A stretch of DNA of 64,000 nt from Candidatus Parcubacteria bacterium (GTDB lineage: Bacteria > Patescibacteriota > Minisyncoccia > Minisyncoccales > JAGMDC01), in contig JAGMAD010000005.1 of the NCBI GenBank assembly GCA_023130975.1, positions 22,933-86,932 of the forward strand. Reading direction: 5' to 3'. The notes below the pieces were generated by a model. That model did no database searches. It worked only from the letters and a program-made list of their open reading frames with translations, and was not told the origin of the DNA. The translations under genes were made by a program, and so were the position numbers. Position 1 is the stretch's first letter. Every line of letters begins with the position of its first letter. Below, in pieces: positions 52,017 through 59,025 of this stretch.

Positions 52017-52823
52017 TTAAACTCTCCATTTTCTCAAAGCTCCAGAATACCTCTCCCAGGTTCCGCAGTCTGTCCATCTACCTTGAAATTTCAAAGCGTT
52101 TAATTTTTTTTCTTGGACTAATTTAGGAAAGATATCTGTTTCAATCATAGTGAATTTAGGGACAGTATAACCCGCCTTGACGCGATAGCGAGGCAGGTAA
52201 TTAAAAATTTCCGGAGACAACAAATAAAGCCCTGAATTAATATAGTTCGTAGGCGGATTCCCTGCCCATCCAAATTTTTTCAAAATTTGGGAGGGTGAAG
52301 GTTTTTCCAAAAACTCTTTAACTTTTTCTTTCTCGCAAACTACTACTCCATAATCCTGAGGATGAGGAACCTTTACTAAAGCAATAGTTGCTGGCTCTTG
52401 ATTGCTTTGATGAAAACTTGCCATTTTATTCAAATCTATTTCTTTTAATTCATCACCATTAGTCAAAAAAAATGAACTACTTGAAAGCCAGTCCTTTAAA
52501 AGAAAAACTCCGCCGAAAGTGCCTAATGGTTTTTCTTCCTCAAAAATTTTAATTTTATTTTTAGGATAATATCTTCTTTTCCACCAATCAAAGTCCTCTC
52601 TAAATTCTTTATTGATTAAAACAGCAATTTCCTTGACTCCTTGTTCTCTAAATAAATCAACTAAATAATTGATAATTGGTTTTTTCCTAATAGGAAGTAA
52701 GGGTTTTGGGATTTCCTTTGTTACTGGATATAACCGGGTTCCTTTTCCTCCAGCTAATATTATTGCTTTATAATTTGATAAATTATTTTTTACCATAATA
52801 GACACTGATTTATATTCTACCAC
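52017..52823 (-). CDS. Sugar-phosphate nucleotidyltransferase
   Basis: AIILAGGKGTRLYPVTKEIPKPLLPI signature. The start is ambiguous (52823 or the internal Met at 52796). Confidence 0.8.
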   Translation of the reverse strand: MVEYKSVSIMVKNNLSNYKAIILAGGKGTRLYPVTKEIPKPLLPIRKKPIINYLVDLFREQGVKEIAVLINKEFREDFDWWKRRYYPKNKIKIFEEEKPLGTFGGVFLLKDWLSSSSFFLTNGDELKEIDLNKMASFHQSNQEPATIALVKVPHPQDYGVVVCEKEKVKEFLEKPSPSQILKKFGWAGNPPTNYINSGLYLLSPEIFNYLPRYRVKAGYTVPKFTMIETDIFPKLVQEKKLNALKFQGRWTDCGTWERYSGALRKWRV

Positions 52824-53062
52824 TTTTCAATGGTTCTTACAGCTTTTCTTTTTATTTTTTGATATGCTCTTATAGCTTTGTTCTCTGCTTGAGGCGAAAC
52901 CAATCTTAAAATCTCCTTACCCCAGATCCTATATCTGCCGCCAACTTTATTAGCTTTAAGAATGCCATTTTTTAAATGGCGTTTAATAGTGCTTTCGCTT
53001 ATCTTTAAAAAACTCCGAGCTTCTTCGGTTGTATATATTTCATTGGGATTTATTTCTTTCAT
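52817..53062 (-). CDS. Excisionase/MerR-type helix-turn-helix DNA-binding protein
   Basis: YTTEEARSFLKISESTIKRHLKNGILKANKVGGRYRI shows the HTH_17 pattern. Confidence 0.65.
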   Translation of the reverse strand: MKEINPNEIYTTEEARSFLKISESTIKRHLKNGILKANKVGGRYRIWGKEILRLVSPQAENKAIRAYQKIKRKAVRTIEKW

Positions 53063-53068
53063 TGTCTT

Positions 53069-53097
53069 ATTATATTAAAAGCAAAAGACCCTGTCAA
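53069..53097 (-). promoter_or_regulatory. Canonical promoter TTGACA-N17-TATAAT, 6 nt from the ATG (leaderless)
   Basis: The minus strand reads TTGACAgggtcttttgcttttaaTATAATaagacaATG. Confidence 0.6.
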
Positions 53098-53194
53098 TAG
53101 GGGTCAATAAGGTTCAAATGAATTTGCTCATCTTAGAAATAAGATTTTTCTTAAAATCTTTCAAATTTAAAAATTTTTGCAAGCACTCATTCTA

Positions 53195-53203
53195 TGCTAT
53201 AAT
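53195..53203 (+). promoter_or_regulatory. Extended -10 TGCTATAAT, 6 nt from the yraN ATG (leaderless)
   Basis: The plus strand reads tctaTGCTATAATttcaatATG. Confidence 0.5.
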
Positions 53204-53209
53204 TTCAAT

Positions 53210-53623
53210 ATGATAATCTCTAAGAAACAAACAGGAGAAATTGGAGAAAGAATTGCCGAGAATTTTTTAAAGAAAAAAGGATATAAAATTTTGGACAGGA
53301 ATTTTTTCACTCGTTTGGCTTTGGGCCCTAAAACCGGAGAAATTGATATTATTGCTGAGAAAGAAGAAACAATCTCATTCGTAGAAGTTAAAACAATAGA
53401 AATCTCCCCTCGCGGCTTCGCCGCAAGGGGAGATTTTATCCCACCAGAGCAAAAAGTTAATTTCCAAAAACAAAGAAAAATAATAAAAACTGCTCAAATC
53501 TGGCTTTCCAAAAACAAAATGCCCCTGAATAAAAAATGGCAGATTGATGTAATCTCAATAAAAATAGATTTAGATTTGAAAAAAGCTGAAATTAAACACT
53601 TTCAAAACGCTTTTGGAGAATAA
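53210..53623 (+). CDS. yraN: YraN-family (UPF0102) endonuclease-like protein
   Basis: GEIGERIAENFLKKKGYKILDRNF...GEIDIIAEKEETISFVEVKT. I chose the ATG at 53210 because the ORF-track start at 53177 is TTG. Confidence 0.75.
   Translation: MIISKKQTGEIGERIAENFLKKKGYKILDRNFFTRLALGPKTGEIDIIAEKEETISFVEVKTIEISPRGFAARGDFIPPEQKVNFQKQRKIIKTAQIWLSKNKMPLNKKWQIDVISIKIDLDLKKAEIKHFQNAFGE
53401..53435. repeat. 35-nt GC-rich palindrome in frame inside yraN
   Basis: AATCTCCCCTCGCGGC-ttc-GCCGCAAGGGGAGATT, with 15 of 16 bp paired. It encodes ISPRGFAARGDF. Confidence 0.65.
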
Positions 53624-53627
53624 CTTA

Positions 53628-53646
53628 TTAGCTTAGTTAGCTTGCT
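53628..53646. repeat. 19-bp direct repeat copy 1 (TTAGCTTAGTTAGCTTGCT) at the 3' end of the epimerase gene
   Basis: Identical to 54612-54630. It overlaps the epimerase stop codon region. Confidence 0.8.
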
Positions 53647-54587
53647 AACTTATTCCTGAACCACTCCACTGTCTCTTTCAATCCCCTATCTAAATTATAT
53701 TTCGGCTGACAGCCAAGCTCTTTTTTTGCTTTTTTAAAATCTAAACAGCTTCTTTTCTGCTCACCAGGTTTTTCAGGAATATGAATCTCTTTACAATTTA
53801 AATCAGCCAACTTTCTAATTTTTCTAAAAATAGTATTAATACTGGTTTCATTTGCTGTCCCAATATTAAAAACCCCGATTTTGTTTTTCTTCAAAGCCAA
53901 TATATTCGCTTCAACCACATCATTAATATAAACAAAATCCCGGGTTTGTTTTCCATCACCGTTTATTGTTGTTTCTTTACTATTTAGCATTTTATCGCAG
54001 AAAATGGCAATTACTCCTGCCTCTCCTTTTGAATTTTGTCTGGGTCCATAAACATTTGACAAACGCAAAGATACATAAGACAGACCAAAAACTTTATAAT
54101 AATAATTTAAGTATTTATCAAAAACCAATTTTTCAATCCCATATGGCGAAACAGGCATTTCAGGATATGTTTCTGGAGTAGGAATAATATCAGCGTCGCC
54201 ATAAATGGCACCGCCAGTAGAAGCAAAGATTATTTTAGAAGCGAATCTATGCGAACGATTAGGCGAAAGAACGCGAATAAAATTCTGAATTATATTTAAA
54301 GAACCGAGAATATTAATTTTGGCATCTTCAATTGGATCCTCAACTGATTTTCTTAAATCAATTTGAGCCGCTAAATGAAAAACTGTTTCTGGTTTTTCTT
54401 TTTTAAAAACATCGGAAATTTTAGGACTCCTGATGTCCAATTTATAAAATTTGGCTTTAGGATTCAAGTTTTTTTTAGTTCCGGTAGATAAATTATCAAT
54501 CACCACCACTTTATGATTTTCTTTGATTAATCTATCTACTAAATGACTTCCGATAAAACCAGCTCCCCCAGTGACTAATATCTTCAT
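53637..54587 (-). CDS. NAD-dependent NDP-sugar epimerase (GalE-like extended SDR)
   Basis: MKILVTGGAGFIGSHLVDRL, and SPYGIEK (the YxxxK motif). Confidence 0.88.
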   Translation of the reverse strand: MKILVTGGAGFIGSHLVDRLIKENHKVVVIDNLSTGTKKNLNPKAKFYKLDIRSPKISDVFKKEKPETVFHLAAQIDLRKSVEDPIEDAKINILGSLNIIQNFIRVLSPNRSHRFASKIIFASTGGAIYGDADIIPTPETYPEMPVSPYGIEKLVFDKYLNYYYKVFGLSYVSLRLSNVYGPRQNSKGEAGVIAIFCDKMLNSKETTINGDGKQTRDFVYINDVVEANILALKKNKIGVFNIGTANETSINTIFRKIRKLADLNCKEIHIPEKPGEQKRSCLDFKKAKKELGCQPKYNLDRGLKETVEWFRNKLAS

Positions 54588-54589
54588 AC

Positions 54590-54629
54590 TTAGTTAGCTT
54601 AGTTAGCTTAGTTAGCTTAGTTAGCTTGC
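54590..54629. repeat. (TTAGTTAGC)4 perfect 9-nt tandem repeat plus TTGC, in a divergent promoter region
   Basis: The units are 54590-98, 54599-607, 54608-16 and 54617-25. It starts 3 nt from the epimerase ATG and is followed by TTATAAT and the plus-strand Wzy_C gene. Confidence 0.9.
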
Positions 54630-54662
54630 TTATAATCTTTATTTTTTATATCATAAAACAAT

Positions 54663-57035
54663 ATGGAAAACAATATCGTTGAAAATAAAATAAAATGGGT
54701 TTATCTTCTGGGCTTTTTTTTAATTTTGGCCTTACCGCTTTTGAATCTACCGCCCTGGTTCTCGCCGCCTGACTGGGGGAAAACCATTGTTTTTAGGATT
54801 ATTCTATCTCTAATGATTTTTGTTTTTCTATGGCAAGTCCTTTTCCAGAAATTAAATGATAATTTATCATTGATCATTAAAAATATATTAAATAAGCAAA
54901 GTAAGGTTTTTTTAAGTTTCTGGCTCTTGATTGCTTTCTTAGGAGTTTACTTCTTGGCTACCCTATTTTCTCAAGACCCATATTTCAGCTTTTGGGGATC
55001 TCCTTACCGTGCCGGTGGATTTCTTAATTTCGCTTTCTGTATAATTTTTGCTATTTTAGCTTTTTTAATTCTCCGAAAATCTGACTGGCAAAAAATCTGG
55101 GATTTTAGTATAATTATTGGAATTTTTGTCTCATTTATTGCTATCTTTCAGCAACTCGGTCTTTTTAGTAAGGTAGTTATTCCTTTTTCCGGTAGAGCGC
55201 CTTCTACTATCGGCGGACCAATATTTTTGGCAATTTATCTTTTGCTTTTATTTTTTCCTATCTTATTTTTTGGTATTAGAGAAAAAAATCTTGTTAAGAA
55301 GTTTTTTTATTTTTTTGCTCTTTTATTATTTTTTTATGTTATCTTAAATACTGGAAGCCGAGCCGCTTATTTTGGATTATTAATTGGAATCTTTTATTTT
55401 GTTCTTTTCTACCCTGTTAAATTCCACTTTGCGGCACCCAGCCTTTTACAGAAAGGCGGGGTATTTAACAGGGTGGACCCCCACACCAAAAAGCTTTTTT
55501 TAGTCAAAATCTTTTTTGGAATCCTTTTGGTTTTAGGAATTTTGGGAGTTTATTATTTGAATGCTGATTACCAAGTCCCTCAATCTTTTCAAGAAAACAA
55601 GATTTTTAAAACAGTCAATTCAAGATTATCTATCAGTTTAGCCATAAAAGATCCTCGTTTCTCCAGTTGGGAAATTGCTTTCAGGGCAATGAAAAAAAAA
55701 CCGATTTTGGGTTATGGGCCGGAAAATTTTTCAATTGGTTTTGATAAGCATTATGACCCTTCTTTGCCATACATTGATCCGGATTGGGGCAGTTGGTATG
55801 ACCGTGCCCATAATTTTATTTTTGATATTGGGGTTACTGTAGGAATTTTAGGTCTGATTATTTACCTTTCCCTTTTTGCAGTTTTATTCTCTGGATTACA
55901 AAAACTAAAAAAAATTAAACCAGAAAAAATAATAATATATCATGGAATTCAAGCTGCTTTCTTAGCTTATTTGGCAGCTAATTTCTTTAGTTTTGATACT
56001 TTTTCAACCTACTTAATATCGTTTTTAATAATTGCTTATAGTTTAACTTTAATAAATCAATCAGAAAAAAAGCAAAATGAAATCATTAAACCAAAAATTA
56101 GAAGTGTCCAAAAACTCACGATCGTGAAAATTTGGACACTTTTAAAAAAATATAAAAAAGCAATTATTGTTATTTTATTTTTATTCTTAATCTGGTTTAT
56201 CTGGGCTTGTAATATCAAACCTTTTTGGATTAACAAAGAAATCCGTTCTACTAAAACTCAATCTCAAATTGGGAATTATCAACAAGGCCTGAAACAATTA
56301 GAAAGCGTCTTGGATTCTCACACTTATTTAGACAGTTATTTAAGATTAAATTATGTTGAGCTTATTAGCCAAAACCTAGAAAAAACTCCGCCGGCTTTTC
56401 AGGGAATTTTAGTGGAAAAAGCAATCAATGCTTTAAAGGAAAATACTGAAATCAGACCTTATTATACCAGAAACTGGTTATTGCTGGGAAATTATACCAA
56501 TGTTTTGATTGAGAAAGGAAAAAAAAACCTAAGAGGAGAAGCATATTACTATTTTGAAAAAGCTCTTCAATTAAGCCCTAAGCACTTAGAAATTTTCATT
56601 GGTCTGGCAAAAACCGATTTATTAACCAATGATTATTTAGGAGCAAAAAATAATGCCCAAAAATGCATCAATTTAAATTCAAAAGTTGGAGAATGCTGGT
56701 GGTTAATGGCTATAACTAATATCTATTTGAATAACATTGAAGAAGCCCAGGGAAACATAGAAGCAGCAAGAAAAGCAATATATCCTGTTGGCTCAAAATC
56801 CTCTACTGCTCAACTTATAAATGCCTATAATTACATCAAAAACTATGAAGAAATAGTTAAAATTTATCAAACATTAATTTTGCAAGAACCAAACAATGCT
56901 CAATATCATTTCTCCTTAGCAGTTTATTATAAAGAACTGGGTAATAATGAAAAAGCAAAAAAAGAAGCTCTAAGGGCTTTAGAGCTAATGCCAGAAGCAA
57001 AGAAACAAATAGAAGAGTTTTTAAAAACTCTTTAA
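54663..57035 (+). CDS. O-antigen-ligase-like (Wzy_C domain) polytopic membrane protein fused to C-terminal TPR repeats
   Basis: NTGSRAAYFGLLIG and YDRAHNFIFDIGVTVGILGL show the Wzy_C pattern. The C-terminal ~250 aa has TPR-like repeats (YYFEKALQLSP, AVYYKELGNNEKAKKEALRALEL). Confidence 0.75.
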   Translation: MENNIVENKIKWVYLLGFFLILALPLLNLPPWFSPPDWGKTIVFRIILSLMIFVFLWQVLFQKLNDNLSLIIKNILNKQSKVFLSFWLLIAFLGVYFLATLFSQDPYFSFWGSPYRAGGFLNFAFCIIFAILAFLILRKSDWQKIWDFSIIIGIFVSFIAIFQQLGLFSKVVIPFSGRAPSTIGGPIFLAIYLLLLFFPILFFGIREKNLVKKFFYFFALLLFFYVILNTGSRAAYFGLLIGIFYFVLFYPVKFHFAAPSLLQKGGVFNRVDPHTKKLFLVKIFFGILLVLGILGVYYLNADYQVPQSFQENKIFKTVNSRLSISLAIKDPRFSSWEIAFRAMKKKPILGYGPENFSIGFDKHYDPSLPYIDPDWGSWYDRAHNFIFDIGVTVGILGLIIYLSLFAVLFSGLQKLKKIKPEKIIIYHGIQAAFLAYLAANFFSFDTFSTYLISFLIIAYSLTLINQSEKKQNEIIKPKIRSVQKLTIVKIWTLLKKYKKAIIVILFLFLIWFIWACNIKPFWINKEIRSTKTQSQIGNYQQGLKQLESVLDSHTYLDSYLRLNYVELISQNLEKTPPAFQGILVEKAINALKENTEIRPYYTRNWLLLGNYTNVLIEKGKKNLRGEAYYYFEKALQLSPKHLEIFIGLAKTDLLTNDYLGAKNNAQKCINLNSKVGECWWLMAITNIYLNNIEEAQGNIEAARKAIYPVGSKSSTAQLINAYNYIKNYEEIVKIYQTLILQEPNNAQYHFSLAVYYKELGNNEKAKKEALRALELMPEAKKQIEEFLKTL
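55411..55474. repeat. 64-nt nested palindrome in frame inside the Wzy_C gene
   Basis: The outer 12-bp inverted repeat is ACCCTGTTAAAT and ATTTAACAGGGT. The inner one is GCCTTTT/GAAAGGC. It is followed by CCCCCACACCAAA, which is identical to the recJ element terminus. Confidence 0.6.
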
Positions 57036-58180
57036 AGCTGGCTAATCTGCGACTGGATTAAAATAATTAGCTGATTTAGAAGTTCAATAATCATTTGTTG
57101 AACTTCTTTTATTTTTGCTTTAAGTTCCTGTTCGTTCATTTCGGAAATCGGTTTTTCTTCCTCTTCTTCCTCTTCTTCCTCTTCTTCGTCAATAGGTGGG
57201 TATTCACAAGAACCATCATCTCTTGTTGCTTCAGGATTGTAGTTTAAGGCATTAGAATCTATGCAACCTTCTATCACTAATTCTGGGAAATTAACTTCTA
57301 CGGTAATAGAATCTCCATCTGTTTCAGTATTATTGAGCCAATCAGCTGATTTTGTTTTAAGAATATAATCACCTTCTGTAATATCCTGCCATTGATATTC
57401 CCAGGTTCCATAATTGGAACTAGTTGAATCAACTTCATACCAAACATTATTGATGCCTATCTTTACCCAAGAAGGAGTTGAACCGCCTTGGTCACGAGCT
57501 ACGCCTTTGATAGTATAATTCTCAGTATCAATGATTGAATTATTTTCTGGTTCAGTAATAACTGTTTTTGGAGCAAGATTATCAATAACAAAATCGCGGA
57601 TTGTTTGAGAATAGGAATTAACAATGGCTTCGTCACTGGGACCATTGTTTTTTGATTCCATAAAGATGCCTAAGTCCCCTATATCAAAATCGCCATTGCT
57701 GTTTTCATCGTATAATATTGGTATTCTTAATTGGATAGAGCGATTAGCAGTGGCATGTTTCCATATCTCAACGCTTACAAAAATTCTTAAGCCCTCTAAG
57801 GACACTAGCTCTTCTAAATTATCTAAATACCAGTTATTATTTAAACCATTAAAAGTAAAAGTGCCTAATTCTTTATCTTTTTCTAAACCTTGAAAACCAG
57901 GAGTGTCATCATCTTTCCAAAGTTTAAATCTTTCAATATCATAAAAATCTTTAGCTGTCCCTATATTTTCCAAAGCAATGGCTAAAAGTTTATCTTCTCC
58001 ATTTCTTCCTGAAGGAATTGTCAAATCCATTACCAATTTATCAAACTCTTGAGGATAACAATAACTACTTGGCGCTTGATGATTGGTAAAATCACTGTTT
58101 ATTAATGCCTTAGCAGAACTGGTTCCGAAAAAAGAAAAAATAATAAAACTAACAATTAAAATTTTATAAGAATTTTTCAT
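57032..58180 (-). CDS. Secreted protein with beta-sandwich-like regions, a poly-Glu linker and a C-terminal PISEM coiled coil
   Basis: Signal peptide ILIVSFIIFSFFGTSSAKA. Cys-bracketed motif CIDSNALNYNPEATRDDGSCEY, then EEEEEEEEEEEKPISEMNEQELKAKIKEVQQ. Confidence 0.5.
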   Translation of the reverse strand: MKNSYKILIVSFIIFSFFGTSSAKALINSDFTNHQAPSSYCYPQEFDKLVMDLTIPSGRNGEDKLLAIALENIGTAKDFYDIERFKLWKDDDTPGFQGLEKDKELGTFTFNGLNNNWYLDNLEELVSLEGLRIFVSVEIWKHATANRSIQLRIPILYDENSNGDFDIGDLGIFMESKNNGPSDEAIVNSYSQTIRDFVIDNLAPKTVITEPENNSIIDTENYTIKGVARDQGGSTPSWVKIGINNVWYEVDSTSSNYGTWEYQWQDITEGDYILKTKSADWLNNTETDGDSITVEVNFPELVIEGCIDSNALNYNPEATRDDGSCEYPPIDEEEEEEEEEEEKPISEMNEQELKAKIKEVQQMIIELLNQLIILIQSQISQL

Positions 58181-58191
58181 AGAGATGAAAA

Positions 58192-58866
58192 TTATTTAAG
58201 TTTTTTTAATTCTTCAAGGTCTATTTTAGCACCTTCATTGTTCGGATCCAACTCTAAAACTTTTTCATAATACGGGATAGCCTTTTCTTTTTGGCTAGTA
58301 TCTTTGTAATAAACAGCTAACATTGAATAAAAATCTACCGGCGCTTCTCCAAATACTTTTTTATTGTCTTCTATAGCTTTTAATAAAAATCCTTCAATCT
58401 GGGGATACTTTTCTTTTAGATGAAAACGATATAAAGTTTTCAACTCTCGGTAAGCATTTCTCCAGTTAGGATTAACTTCGATTATCTTTAAATACATCTT
58501 TTCAGCATTTTCATATTCTTTCTGTTGATTATAAATATCTCCTAAATTATTAAGTATTAAAGTATTAGTAGGCTGTATTTCCAAAGCCATTAGATAAACC
58601 TTTTCTGCTCCGTCTAAATCCTGCACTTGATATTTTACCTGGGCAATAGCTATTAAAGCTAAATGGTCATTAGGGTTTGCTTTTAAACTATTTTTTGCAT
58701 CATCAAATTTAATTTGCTGGTTTTCAGTTAAAATTACTCCTTCAGGCAGAGAAAAAATTTCATTTTCTTCTGAAGCTGGCTGGTGCCTTTGATAAAGAAA
58801 AAATCCTGCTACTGCTATAAGCAGAATTAAAACAATAAGAAAAAAGATTTGATATTTTTTTGACAT
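58192..58866 (-). CDS. Membrane-anchored TPR-repeat protein
   Basis: An N-terminal TM segment (IFFLIVLILLIAVAGFFLY), then several 34-aa TPR-like repeats (AEKVYLMALEIQP, AEKMYLKIIEVNP, AIPYYEKVLELDP). Confidence 0.7.
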   Translation of the reverse strand: MSKKYQIFFLIVLILLIAVAGFFLYQRHQPASEENEIFSLPEGVILTENQQIKFDDAKNSLKANPNDHLALIAIAQVKYQVQDLDGAEKVYLMALEIQPTNTLILNNLGDIYNQQKEYENAEKMYLKIIEVNPNWRNAYRELKTLYRFHLKEKYPQIEGFLLKAIEDNKKVFGEAPVDFYSMLAVYYKDTSQKEKAIPYYEKVLELDPNNEGAKIDLEELKKLK

Positions 58867-58939
58867 ATTTTTGTTCTTTATATTTCAATCTTCTATTTTA
58901 TATCAGCATATTTATATTACCATAAGTAAAAAATAAAAC

Positions 58940-58969
58940 AAATCCCGCCCCGAATTCGGGGCGGGATTT
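58940..58969 (-). terminator. Strong rho-independent terminator after the 1248-aa protein gene
   Basis: Perfect 30-nt palindrome AAATCCCGCCCCGAATTCGGGGCGGGATTT. On the minus strand it is followed by GTTTTATTTTTT. Confidence 0.8.
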
Positions 58970-59025
58970 TAACCCATTCAGCTCACAAGGAAGCCAAATG
59001 AGAAATCAAACAGAATTAACAGAAT

